The position numbers were made by a program, and so were the translations under genes. The notes under the pieces are model-generated. The model ran no database searches. It was not told the DNA's origin and saw only the letters and a program-made list of their open reading frames with translations. A stretch of DNA of 64,000 nt from Myxococcota bacterium (GTDB taxonomy: Bacteria > Myxococcota_A > UBA9160 > PR03): the NCBI GenBank assembly GCA_041611735.1, contig JBFIML010000013.1, positions 12,188 through 76,187 of the forward strand. The letters run 5' to 3'. Positions 34,325-43,493 of this stretch are shown piece by piece. Numbering within the stretch: position 1 is the stretch's first letter; each line of letters opens with the position of its first letter.

Positions 34325-35260
34325 GTGCGGGCCATGATCCAGGCGGCCGGCCTCGGCAGCCGCCTGCGGCCCCTGACCCACCTGCTTCCCAAGGCGGCCC
34401 TGCCCGTGCGCGGGGTGCCCCTGGTGGCCTGCACGCTGGCGTGGCTCCATCGGGAGGGGGTCCGGGAGGTGGTGGTGAACCTCTTCCACCTGCCCGAGGC
34501 GATCCGCGAGGCCGTGGAGCAGGAGCGTCCGCGGGGATTGGCGGTGCGATTCTCGCCGGAGCCGGAGCCGCTCGGCACCGGGGGAGCGATCCGTCGCGCC
34601 CGCGAGTTCCTGGCCGCAAGCGATCCATCCCTGATCGTGGCCGGCGACATGCTCCTGGATCTGGAGCTGGGCCCCGCGCTGGCGAGGCACCGGGAGCGCG
34701 GAGACGCGGTGACCCTGGTGCTTCGGGACGACCATCGGGCGGCTCGATTCGGTACGATCGGGCTGGACGGGGCGGGTCGGGTCCGCCGCATTGCCCGGCG
34801 GCTGGACCTGGGAGGAGAGGTGCAGCGGGGCCTGTATCCGAGCGTGCGACTGGTGGCCGCCAGGGCGCTCGAGACGCTGCCGGACCGCGACGTCTTCGTG
34901 GATCTGGACGACTGGCTGGCCCCGCGGCTGCGGGCGGGCGCCGATGACGTCCGGGGCATCGTGCTCGATCCCGAGCGCTGCGTCTGGGAACCGGTCGGCA
35001 CGCGGGCCGAGTACCTGGGCGTCAATCTGCGCCCCCCCGCCCTCTCCTATCTGGACGTGGACGCCCGCGGCCGGGCGCGAGGGGTGCGCTTCGAGGCGGA
35101 CCTGGTGATCGGAGCGGGTGCCAAGCTCGGTGCGGGCGTGCAGCTCCAGCGGGCCGTGGTGTGGGACGGGGAGCAGGTGCCGGATGGGCTCCACGCGCGG
35201 GACGGGGTCTTCGCGGGTGGAGCGTTCCATCCCTGTGCGGAGGGGGAGCCGGGGGCATGA
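34325..35260 (+). CDS. Sugar-1-phosphate nucleotidyltransferase (MurU-like)
   Basis: AAGLGSRLRPLT...PK, LGTGG, AGD; short C-terminal hexapeptide-like region. Confidence 0.8.
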   Translation: MRAMIQAAGLGSRLRPLTHLLPKAALPVRGVPLVACTLAWLHREGVREVVVNLFHLPEAIREAVEQERPRGLAVRFSPEPEPLGTGGAIRRAREFLAASDPSLIVAGDMLLDLELGPALARHRERGDAVTLVLRDDHRAARFGTIGLDGAGRVRRIARRLDLGGEVQRGLYPSVRLVAARALETLPDRDVFVDLDDWLAPRLRAGADDVRGIVLDPERCVWEPVGTRAEYLGVNLRPPALSYLDVDARGRARGVRFEADLVIGAGAKLGAGVQLQRAVVWDGEQVPDGLHARDGVFAGGAFHPCAEGEPGA

Positions 35261-35994
35261 CGGAAGTGACGTTCGTGGGGACCAGCGACGCGTTTGGAAC
35301 GGGCGGCCGCCGTCAGGCCGCCATCTTGGTGCGCCATGGGGGCGGGGCGGTGCTGCTGGATTGCGGGGCCACCACCGGGACGGGCCTGCAGGCCCTCGGC
35401 ATCGCGCGCGACGAGATCGAGGCGATCGTGGTCTCCCACTTCCACGCCGACCACTTCGGGGGCATCCCCCTGCTCCTGCTGGCTGCCCACTACGAGGACC
35501 GCCGCCGCAAGCCGCTGGTGGTGGCGGGCCCACCGCAGGTGGAGGCACGGGTGCGGGCGGCGGCCGCCGCCCTGGGCCACGCCATCGAGGACCGGGAGTG
35601 GTCGTTCCCGCTGCGCTTCGTCGAGCTGCAGCCGGGGCAGGAGATCGGGCTCGGCCCGGTCGGCTTCGACGCCTTCGCGGCCCACCACCAGCAGGACTCC
35701 CAGCCCCACGGGCTCGTGGTGCGGGCAGGCCCCCGCACGATCATCTACACCGGCGACACGGGCTGGTTCGACGAGCTACCGGATCGTACCCGCGGCGCGG
35801 ACCTCCTGATCAGCGAGTGCACCTTCTTCGACTTCACCTTCGACTACCACCTGACCTATGAAAAGCTCCTGCCGCGGATGGGCGAGTTCCGCTGCGGACG
35901 CATCGTCCTGACCCACCTGGGGCGGGGCATGGCCGAGCGTCGGGGTCGGCTCGAGCTCGAGACGGCCGACGACGGGATGGTGGTGCGCGTCTAG
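35257..35994 (+). CDS. MBL-fold metallohydrolase (RNase Z-like)
   Basis: LLDCG, SHFHADH, YTGDT, LTH; ATGA overlap. Confidence 0.88.
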   Translation: MTEVTFVGTSDAFGTGGRRQAAILVRHGGGAVLLDCGATTGTGLQALGIARDEIEAIVVSHFHADHFGGIPLLLLAAHYEDRRRKPLVVAGPPQVEARVRAAAAALGHAIEDREWSFPLRFVELQPGQEIGLGPVGFDAFAAHHQQDSQPHGLVVRAGPRTIIYTGDTGWFDELPDRTRGADLLISECTFFDFTFDYHLTYEKLLPRMGEFRCGRIVLTHLGRGMAERRGRLELETADDGMVVRV

Positions 35995-37163
35995 GAACGC
36001 GCTGCGGGGCTCCGACCGGGCCCCGCCGGCACGATCTCGCCCAGCACCGTGGCGTGGCGGGCGCCCGTGCAGCGCGGCAGGTGGTTGGGGAGGCCCAGCA
36101 GGGCGTTGCGACCGAGCAGCGAGAAGGCCATGGCCTCCGCCGCCCGCGCCGGAACCCCGGCCGCGTCGAAGGGCTCCACCACCGACTCCGGCAGGGCGCG
36201 GCGCAGGGCCCCGAGCAGCGCCGGGTTCTCGGCGCCGCCGCCGCCCACCAGCACCCGGTCGGGAGCCGCCTCGGGGGCGAGGAAGCGCCGGGTGGCGTCG
36301 GCCACCGCCTCCGCCGTGAAGGCTACCAGGGTCGCCACCAGGTCGTCGGGCGCGCGCCCTGCGCGCCGGCACTCCTCGACGAGCGCCTCCGCCTGGGCGA
36401 GGCCGTAGCGCTCGCGGCCCGTGGACTTGGGAGGCGGACGCCGCAGGAAGTCGTCGTCCAGCAGGCGCGCCAGCAGGCCGCGGTCGATGCGCCCGCGGCG
36501 CGCTCGCACGCCGTCGCGGTCCATGCCTTCGCGACCGTCGGTCAGCGTCCGGACCACCCCGTCCACCAGCGCGTTGGCGGGCCCCACGTCGAAGGCCACC
36601 ACCTCCTCGGGCCGGCCGCCGCGGGGCAGCCAGGTCACGTTGGCGATGCCGCCCAGGTTCACGGCGAGGCGCGCCTCGGCCGACTCCGCCAAGGCCGCCC
36701 AATGGAAGTAGGGGGCGAGCGGCGCGCCCTCCCCTCCGGCGGCGAGATCGCGGGGGCGGAAGTCGGCCACCGTGGTGCAGCCGGTACGCTCGGCGACGAG
36801 CGAGGGATCCCCGATCTGCAGCGTGGCGTGGGCCTCCGGGTGGTGGGCCACGGTCTGCCCGTGGGAGGCCACGCCCGCCACCCGGGCGAGCGGGACTCCC
36901 GCGGCCCGGGCCACCGCGCGGGCCGCGGCGGCGAATCGCTCGCCGAGTTCCACGTCCAACGAGGCGAGCTCGCGAAGCGTGTCCCCGGCCGGAACGCGTC
37001 CCGCCGCCAGGCGGTGGATGCGCGCCTGCAGCTCCGGCTCGAAAGGGAGTGCCTGGAAGGCGAGCAGGAGGAACGGACGCAGCGCGGCGTCGTCGGGCCA
37101 CTCGACGAGTGCCGCGTCGACGCCGTCGGCGGAGGTGCCAGACATCAGTCCGATCACGCGCAT
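35991..37163 (-). CDS. anmK: Anhydro-N-acetylmuramic acid kinase
   Basis: GLMSGTSADG, SHGQT, GGEGAPL, NLGGIAN, PKSTGRE. Confidence 0.96.
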   Translation of the reverse strand: MRVIGLMSGTSADGVDAALVEWPDDAALRPFLLLAFQALPFEPELQARIHRLAAGRVPAGDTLRELASLDVELGERFAAAARAVARAAGVPLARVAGVASHGQTVAHHPEAHATLQIGDPSLVAERTGCTTVADFRPRDLAAGGEGAPLAPYFHWAALAESAEARLAVNLGGIANVTWLPRGGRPEEVVAFDVGPANALVDGVVRTLTDGREGMDRDGVRARRGRIDRGLLARLLDDDFLRRPPPKSTGRERYGLAQAEALVEECRRAGRAPDDLVATLVAFTAEAVADATRRFLAPEAAPDRVLVGGGGAENPALLGALRRALPESVVEPFDAAGVPARAAEAMAFSLLGRNALLGLPNHLPRCTGARHATVLGEIVPAGPGRSPAARS

Positions 37164-37221
37164 GCCGGCTCCTGGCGGGTGCGACCCGTCTCCCCCCAGG
37201 GAGATCCGGGCCGAGGTTTCG

Positions 37222-37250
37222 TTGACAGGTCGCTTCAAGCTCCGAATAAT
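37222..37250 (+). promoter_or_regulatory. Strong sigma70-type promoter for the ncRNA
   Basis: TTGACA-N17-AATAAT; predicted start near 37257. Confidence 0.8.
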
Positions 37251-37256
37251 GCCGTC

Positions 37257-37428
37257 GGTCTGCCCGGTGCGTCAGGGGAGCCGATCGCTCAACCCGGTGA
37301 GACGTGATCGGGATCCGTTCCTGGCCGTCGACCGAGCGCCCGCCTGGCGGGACGAAGGGACGCGGCGACACGGAGCCCACCTGGTTCGACCAGGGATTGA
37401 GTTCGCTTCCCAACGGCCATGGCGGACC
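37257..37428 (+). ncRNA. ssrS: Probable 6S RNA (172-nt rod with central bubble)
   Basis: Hand-folded nested pairing GGTCTGCC/GGCGGACC, GGGGAGC/GCTTCCC, GCTCAA/TTGAGT, CCC/GGG, then a bubble, then GGG-TCCGT/ACGGA-CCC and an apical CCCGC/GCGGG; begins at the predicted transcription start. Confidence 0.6.
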
Positions 37429-37469
37429 GTCCTCCGGGCGCATGGGAGACGGGAGAGGGGCCCGAGCCG

Positions 37470-37724
37470 ATGACCGACTCCTCGCGCGCGCAGGGGGGGC
37501 TGATCTGCCTGGCGGCGGTGGCCGCCGGCGCGCTCTTCCTGCTCGGCCTGGCCCGGGGCAGCTACTGGGCGCTGGCCGTCCCGGTGGCCCTCGCCGTCTT
37601 CTTCGCACTCGGACTGACCTTCTGGGTGGGCTGGACCATCGCCACCATCCGGGTGGAGCCCGAGGGCCTCGCCGGGCCCGATGCGGACGCCGAGAGCGAG
37701 CCCGCCGCGGACGCGAACCGGTAG
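37470..37724 (+). CDS. Small two-TM membrane protein
   Basis: SD GGAGAGG, two hydrophobic helices, acidic tail; first gene of the GT/MT operon. Confidence 0.7.
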   Translation: MTDSSRAQGGLICLAAVAAGALFLLGLARGSYWALAVPVALAVFFALGLTFWVGWTIATIRVEPEGLAGPDADAESEPAADANR

Positions 37725-37732
37725 CGAGAGCG

Positions 37733-38992
37733 GTGCGGATCGCGCTCCTCACCTACCGGGGGAACATGTACTGCGGCGGCCAGGGGATCTACGCCGCCCG
37801 ACTCGCCCGCGAGTGGCAGCGCGCGGGCCACGACGTGCACGTGATCGCGGGACCGCCGCTGCCCGAGCTGGCTCCGGGCATTCCGCTGCACGTGATCCCG
37901 AACCAGAACGTCTTCGGCGTGCGCCATCCGGCGTGGGCGCGGCGTCCGAATCCCTTGTCGCTGCTGTGGCCCGTGAACCTGTGGGAGCTCGGCGTCTCGC
38001 GCTTCGGCGTCTTCCCGGAGATGCAGACCTTCGGCCTGCGGCTGCTGCTGCGCTGGAAGCGCCTCCAGGAGCGGCATCGTTTCGACGTGGTGTTCGACAA
38101 CCAGAGCCTCTCCTGGGCCCTGCTGGGATTGCGGGCCACCGGCGTCCCGGTGGTGTCCGTGATCCACCACCCGCTCCACATCGATCGCGAGGCCGACTTC
38201 GCCATCGATCCGCACCTCGAGGCCAAGCTCAAGCGGACGCTCTACTTCCCGCTCTTCATGCAGCAGCGCGTGGCCCCCCGCCTCGACCGCATCGTGACCG
38301 TGAGCGAGGCTTCGCGCGCGGAGATCCAACGCTACTTCGGCATCCCGGAGAAGGAGATTCGCGTGGTGTACAACGGCACCGACGCGGAGCTCTTCCGCCC
38401 GGTGCCCGGCCGACGCATCGAGACGGACCTGCTCTTCGTGGGCCGCACCGAGGACCGCAAGAAGGGCATCGGGGTGCTGCTCGAAGCCCTGGCCCGACTG
38501 CCCGCCCCGGTGACGCTCAAGATCGTCGACGGGCGCATTCCCGAGGACGGGCTCGTGCCGCGGCTGGTGCGCCGCTTCGGTCTGGAGGGACGCGTGGTCC
38601 TGCTGCGCCGCATGCTGACCCTGCCGGAGCTGGTCGCCGAGTACTCGACCGCGCGTGTGGCGGTGGTGCCGTCCTTCTTCGAGGGCTTCGGCTTCCCGGC
38701 CAGCGAGGCCATGGCCTGCGGGCTGCCGGTGGTGGCCCACGCCGCCGGTGCGCTGCCGGAGGTCGTGGGCAGCGACGGGGAGGCGGGCCGCCTGGTGGCG
38801 CCCCGCGACCCGGCCGCCCTGGCGCAGGCGATCCGCGACGTGCTGGCCGACCCGGCGCGCCTCGCCCGCATGGGCCGGGCGGCCCGCTCTCGGGTGCTGC
38901 GCCTGTTCCGCTGGCGCGACGCCGCCGCACAGCTGGTGGACGTGTTCGAGGAGACGCTGCGTGCTGCTCACCGTCGATCTCCGGCGGCTTGA
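37733..38992 (+). CDS. Glycosyltransferase family 4
   Basis: RIALLTYRGNMYCGGQGIY, KKG, EGFGFPASEAMACG. Confidence 0.92.
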   Translation: MRIALLTYRGNMYCGGQGIYAARLAREWQRAGHDVHVIAGPPLPELAPGIPLHVIPNQNVFGVRHPAWARRPNPLSLLWPVNLWELGVSRFGVFPEMQTFGLRLLLRWKRLQERHRFDVVFDNQSLSWALLGLRATGVPVVSVIHHPLHIDREADFAIDPHLEAKLKRTLYFPLFMQQRVAPRLDRIVTVSEASRAEIQRYFGIPEKEIRVVYNGTDAELFRPVPGRRIETDLLFVGRTEDRKKGIGVLLEALARLPAPVTLKIVDGRIPEDGLVPRLVRRFGLEGRVVLLRRMLTLPELVAEYSTARVAVVPSFFEGFGFPASEAMACGLPVVAHAAGALPEVVGSDGEAGRLVAPRDPAALAQAIRDVLADPARLARMGRAARSRVLRLFRWRDAAAQLVDVFEETLRAAHRRSPAA

Positions 38993-39677
38993 GGTCCGCC
39001 CGGGCGACCGCCTGCTCGACGTGGGCTGCGGCGAAGGCCGGCACTGCTTCGGCGCCCTCGAACGGGGTGCGCGGGTGGTGGGGCTCGACCTGGACGCCGA
39101 GGCGCTCGGGCGCTCGGCACGGGCCCTGCGCGCCCGCGCCCGCGAGCTGGACGGCTTCGGCATCCTGCTGCGCGGCGACGCCTTCCGCCTGCCCTTCCCC
39201 GATGCCTGCTTCGACCGGGTCATCTGCTCCGAGGTGATGGAGCACGTCCACGACTACCGGGCGGCGGCGCGGGAGCTGGCGCGGGTGACGCGGCCGGGCG
39301 GCAGCGTGGCGGTGACCGTTCCCACCGCCACCAGCGAGCAGCTCTACCTGCGCCTGGGCGACGACTACTTCGAATCTTCCGGCGGCCACATCCGCATCTT
39401 CCGTCCCCGGGAGCTGGCCGCAGCCCTGGCCGCCGCGGGCCTGCGCCCGCGGGACGTGGGCTTCGCTCACGCCCTCCACACGCCCTACTGGGTGCTGCGC
39501 TCCGCGGTGGGGCTGGCGCGGGCCGAGGAACACCCGCTGGTGCGGGCCTACCGGACGTTCCTGATCCGGGCCACCACCTCGCGACTGCTGCAACGGGTCG
39601 AGCGCGTGCTCGACCGCGTGTTCCCGAAGAGCCTCGTCCTCTACGCCCGCCGCGAGCCGGCGTCGAGTGCCGCGTGA
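38961..39677 (+). CDS. Class I SAM-dependent methyltransferase
   Basis: LLDVGCGEGRH, FDRVICSEVMEHV, GGHIRIF. Confidence 0.9.
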   Translation: MLLTVDLRRLEVRPGDRLLDVGCGEGRHCFGALERGARVVGLDLDAEALGRSARALRARARELDGFGILLRGDAFRLPFPDACFDRVICSEVMEHVHDYRAAARELARVTRPGGSVAVTVPTATSEQLYLRLGDDYFESSGGHIRIFRPRELAAALAAAGLRPRDVGFAHALHTPYWVLRSAVGLARAEEHPLVRAYRTFLIRATTSRLLQRVERVLDRVFPKSLVLYARREPASSAA

Positions 39678-41008
39678 GCGGGCCTCCGCTGCGCATCGCC
39701 TTCGTCTCCTATCGGGGCAACATGCGCTGCGGCGGCCAGGGGATCTACCTGTGGTTCCTGGCCCGCGAGCTGGCCCGCCTGGGACACCGGGTGGACGTGT
39801 GGGTGGGGCCGCCCCATCCGGATCCCATGCCCTTCGCGGACTCGGTGACTGCGCTCCCCAACGACCAGTTCTGGGGCAAGTGGTTCGCCCGGGATCGCTC
39901 GGCGCTGCTGCCCCGCTCCCGGCCGCTGGGCGTCTTCCAGCCGCTGCGCTTCTACGAGCTCGCCGCCAGCCGGATCGGGTTCCTGCCGGAGCCCTTCGCC
40001 TTCAGCGTGCGCGCCTTCCGCTCCCTGGCCCGCTCCCTGCGGCACGGCCGACGCTGGGACCTGGTGCACGACGTGCAGTGTCTCGGCTGGGGGTTGCTCG
40101 GCGTGCAGGCCCTCGGCCTGCCCGTGGTGGCCACCGTGCACCATCCGCTCTCGGTGGACCGCCGGGCGTCCTTTGCCCGCGATCGCACCCTGCGCGAGGC
40201 CCTGGGGACCGCGGAGTTCTACCCGGTGGGGATGCAGGCCCGGGTGGCGCGCCGGCTCGACCGCGTGATCACCTCCTCCGAGGCCAGCGCCCGCACCATC
40301 GCCCGGGACTTCCGGGTCGCGCCGGCGCGCCTGCGCATGCTGGGCAACGGCCTCGACACGGAGCTGTTCCGTCCCGACCCGCGCCTCCCACGGGCCGAGG
40401 CGGAGCTGCTCTGCGTGGGTCGCGCCTCGGACCCGAACAAGGGGGTCCCGCTGGTGGTGGAGGCCCTGGCGCGCCTGCCGCGACCCGTCCACCTCACGCT
40501 GGTGGACGAGGACCACCCGCTCAACCCGGCCCGCCTGCGGGCCGGCGCGCTCGGCGTGCTGGAACGCGTGCACTTCACCGGGCGCGTCGCGACGGAGCGG
40601 CTGCTGGAGCTCTACCGCCGCGCCACGCTGGTGGTGGTTCCCTCGCGCTACGAAGGCTTCGGGCTGCCGGCCGCCGAGGCCATGGCCTGCGGCACACCCG
40701 TGGTAGCGAGCGCTGCGGGGGCGCTCCCGGAGCTGCTGCAGGCCACGGGGGGCGGGCTGCTGGCGCAGCCGGGCGACCCGGAGCAGCTGGCCAAGGCGAT
40801 CGCGACCCTGCTGGAGCAGCCAGAGACGCGGCGACGTCTGGGCGCGCGGGGACGCGAGCGCGTGGAGGCCCTCTACGCGTGGCCGCGCGTGGCCGCTCGC
40901 ACCGTGGCGGTTTACGAGGAGGTGCTGGCGGAACGACGGGGCCGACCGGCGAGCACCACCACGTCGGCCCAGTCGGGCAACCAGCGCGCCAGTCGCCCCA
41001 GCGTCTGA
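39674..41008 (+). CDS. Glycosyltransferase family 4 (paralog of 37733-38992)
   Basis: RIAFVSYRGNMRCGGQGIY, EGFGLPAAEAMACG. Confidence 0.92.
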   Translation: MSGPPLRIAFVSYRGNMRCGGQGIYLWFLARELARLGHRVDVWVGPPHPDPMPFADSVTALPNDQFWGKWFARDRSALLPRSRPLGVFQPLRFYELAASRIGFLPEPFAFSVRAFRSLARSLRHGRRWDLVHDVQCLGWGLLGVQALGLPVVATVHHPLSVDRRASFARDRTLREALGTAEFYPVGMQARVARRLDRVITSSEASARTIARDFRVAPARLRMLGNGLDTELFRPDPRLPRAEAELLCVGRASDPNKGVPLVVEALARLPRPVHLTLVDEDHPLNPARLRAGALGVLERVHFTGRVATERLLELYRRATLVVVPSRYEGFGLPAAEAMACGTPVVASAAGALPELLQATGGGLLAQPGDPEQLAKAIATLLEQPETRRRLGARGRERVEALYAWPRVAARTVAVYEEVLAERRGRPASTTTSAQSGNQRASRPSV

Positions 41009-41706
41009 AGCGCAGCGTGCGCCACCGGCCCCGGCAGGCGCTCCATCAGCCGCGACCACCCCGGCAGTCCCCAGCCCAGGGAGACGCCCTCCATCGCGGC
41101 CAGCTCCAAGTGGCGTCCCGCCTGCTCCCGCATCAGGCCGAGCTCGTAGCGAGTGAAGTGGTCGGCGGGCACGTCGTAGTGCCGGCGTCCGCGCCGCACC
41201 GGCCGCCCCAGCCGGCGCTCGCCGGCTGCATCCAGCGCGCGGGATGCCCGGCAGGCCAGCGAGTCGAAGTTGGCGATGGCGAGCACCACGTGGCCATCCG
41301 AGCGGGTGACGCGGGCCATCTCGGCGATGGCTCGCTCCGGGCGGTCGAAGTGGTCGAGGGCTCCCTTGCACAGGGTCGCATCGAAGCAGCGATCCGCGAA
41401 GGGGAGCGCGTCGGACCAGCCCCGCACCCAGACCGGCCCCGCCGCGACCGGCTCGGCGCTGCGCAGCCGCGACCACGCGGTCATGCGCTGCGAGGGCTCG
41501 ACCCCCACCACCCAGGCGCCGCGGCGGGCCAGGGCCAGGGCGTCCTGGCCGAAGCCGCTGGCCACGTCGAGGATGCGGCGTCCCGCTGCTGCGCGCGCCA
41601 GGCCCAGCGTCACCTCGGTCATGCGGTCGAACAGGTACTGGCTGTCGCGCGTGGTCCCGGTCGGGATCACGTCGCTCATGTCGCGGTCGAGATCGACGAC
41701 GCGCAC
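40912..41706 (-). CDS. Class I SAM-dependent methyltransferase
   Basis: ILDVASGFG, LPFADRCFDA, ALDHF. Confidence 0.85.
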   Translation of the reverse strand: MRVVDLDRDMSDVIPTGTTRDSQYLFDRMTEVTLGLARAAAGRRILDVASGFGQDALALARRGAWVVGVEPSQRMTAWSRLRSAEPVAAGPVWVRGWSDALPFADRCFDATLCKGALDHFDRPERAIAEMARVTRSDGHVVLAIANFDSLACRASRALDAAGERRLGRPVRRGRRHYDVPADHFTRYELGLMREQAGRHLELAAMEGVSLGWGLPGWSRLMERLPGPVAHAALQTLGRLARWLPDWADVVVLAGRPRRSASTSS

Positions 41707-41750
41707 GGGCGCCGACGGTAGCCCGAGCCCGGTGCGGCGCGCTCAGGCTC

Positions 41751-42065
41751 CTAGAGCCGGCCCTCCAGGTAGCCCTCGATCAGCTCGATGAGGCCGGTGT
41801 CCACTCCGTCGAAGCACAGACCCACCAGGCCGCGCTGCGGATCGCTCCACGCGACCACCGCCTCCAGGGCCAGCGGCAGGGAGATGCCGGGCAGGGCGAA
41901 CTCGCTGGTGACCGGCGTCCGCGTCGGGGGCAGCGGCGAAGTCATGCTCACGCTCATGCCCCCGGCGGAGAGGTCGCGGCCCGAGGCCAGCTTCCTGCGC
42001 CCTCGAGTGGTGATCTCCACCCAGCCTTCGAACGAGGCTCGGGATCGCCCTCGGCGCTCCTGCAT
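41751..42065 (-). CDS. Stand-alone PilZ domain protein
   Basis: ERRGRSR (RxxxR) and DLSAGG (DxSxxG) c-di-GMP-binding motifs; SD GGAGG. Confidence 0.88.
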   Translation of the reverse strand: MQERRGRSRASFEGWVEITTRGRRKLASGRDLSAGGMSVSMTSPLPPTRTPVTSEFALPGISLPLALEAVVAWSDPQRGLVGLCFDGVDTGLIELIEGYLEGRL

Positions 42066-42223
42066 CCCCTCCTCCCCGTCGCGCTCGAAGCCCGCAGGAG
42101 GATCCCTTGCAAGTTTCGTGCTCAGCTCGCTCCGGGCCGGGGCCGACCCGCTCCGGCGCGTAGGAACACTACGTCCGCGGGGGGGATGGGGAGGGGGGCA
42201 GGGAGCATTATCCTCCTCGATTC

Positions 42224-43486
42224 ATGAGCAAAGCTCTTCCGTCGGAGGGAAAGTTCTTTCCGCGAGGCGCCCCCCGAGGCGCGAGTACGCTGGACCGCCT
42301 GGCGGCCTTCCGGGTCACCTACGCGGCCCTCTTCGCCTTCCTGCTGCTGTACGTCTTCACCGTCAAGGGAGTCGAGCAGCTGCTGCAGGACCACTACCGC
42401 CAGGCCGTGGCCGAGGCGGTCCGCGTGGAGGACGTGGACGCTCGGGTGCTCGAACGCATGCGGACGCGTCTCGACCGGGCGGTCCGGGGCTCCGCGTGGG
42501 TACGGATCGGCGGCGTGCGGGTCACCGCCATCGTGATCGGCGCCGACGGGATCACCCCGCTCTACCTGGGGCGGGCGCTGCCGCCGCCCCCCCCACCCCC
42601 CGATCCGCTCGCGGCGGCGGCGGAGGCGGAGCGGCTGCTGCCGGCGACCGCCGACGTCAGCGTCTCGGTGCCCCACAACTCGCTACTGGCCAACGCGATT
42701 CTGGTCTCCTACGCGGCCCTGCTCGTAGTCTCGCTGTTCGCCTACAACCGACGCCTCGCGCGCCGTGAAGAGGAGCAGCTAGCGGCCGCCGTGGCAGAGC
42801 GCGAAGCCGCCGCTGCGCGAGCGGCCCGCATCGAACGCGAGCTCGCCGACGTGCAGCACCGGCTCGAGACCCAGCAGGCCACCACGGACGGCTCCGAGGA
42901 GATCCGGACCCTGCGCGCGGAGCGGGCCCGGCTCCAGGAGGAGCTCGACGCGGTCGGGCGCCGCGAGCAGGAGCTGGCAGCCCGGGCGGGACGGGCGCAG
43001 ACGCTGGACGAGGAGCGCCAGGCCCTTGAGGAGCTGCTGGACGAGGCCACCCGCGACCTGACCGGCAAGGACGAAGCAATCCGCTCCCTGGAGCAGCGCC
43101 TGCGCCGCGCCACCAAGGCCCAGCCGACCGCGCGCGCGGGCAAGGAGGAGGAGCAGCTCGAGCGGCGGCTGCGCACGCTCTACAAGAATCTGGAGATCGA
43201 CGACCGGGTCGTCCGCGACCTGGTAGCGCTGCGGGACGAGACCATGAAGCTCAAGGCCGAGGAGAGCCTGAAACGTCTCTCCGACGACACCGAGACCGCC
43301 GCGGTACGCCGCAAGGTGGGAGGCTTGCCGCCGCATCTGTCGATCTTCGAGCTCGGCTTCGCCGGCAAGGGACGCATCTACTACACGCGCGGCCGCCAGC
43401 GCCGCTTCCGCGTGCTCGCCGTCGGCGCCAAGAACACCCAGAAGACCGATCTCGAGTACCTGAGTCGCCTGCCGCGCGACGGCTGA
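42224..43486 (+). CDS. Two-TM, coiled-coil protein with a RelE/HigB-like C-terminal domain
   Basis: TM at about aa 30-48 and 155-173, a long E/R/A/L heptad region, C-terminal IFELGFAGKGRIYY...VLAVGAKNTQKTDL. The CDS is solid; the domain call is an inference. Confidence 0.7.
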   Translation: MSKALPSEGKFFPRGAPRGASTLDRLAAFRVTYAALFAFLLLYVFTVKGVEQLLQDHYRQAVAEAVRVEDVDARVLERMRTRLDRAVRGSAWVRIGGVRVTAIVIGADGITPLYLGRALPPPPPPPDPLAAAAEAERLLPATADVSVSVPHNSLLANAILVSYAALLVVSLFAYNRRLARREEEQLAAAVAEREAAAARAARIERELADVQHRLETQQATTDGSEEIRTLRAERARLQEELDAVGRREQELAARAGRAQTLDEERQALEELLDEATRDLTGKDEAIRSLEQRLRRATKAQPTARAGKEEEQLERRLRTLYKNLEIDDRVVRDLVALRDETMKLKAEESLKRLSDDTETAAVRRKVGGLPPHLSIFELGFAGKGRIYYTRGRQRRFRVLAVGAKNTQKTDLEYLSRLPRDG

Positions 43487-43493
43487 GGGCGGC

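Noticed and set aside
37254-37352. ZTP, TPP or SAH riboswitch (GGGGAGC and CGCCCGCCTGG fragments)
   Set aside because: Core ligand-binding and pseudoknot motifs are missing, the downstream genes do not fit, and the end-to-end rod explains the region better.
42108-42123. sigma54-like motif upstream of the PilZ gene (minus strand GAGCAC-GAAAC-TTGCA)
   Set aside because: The invariant -24 GG is AG, so it was not called.
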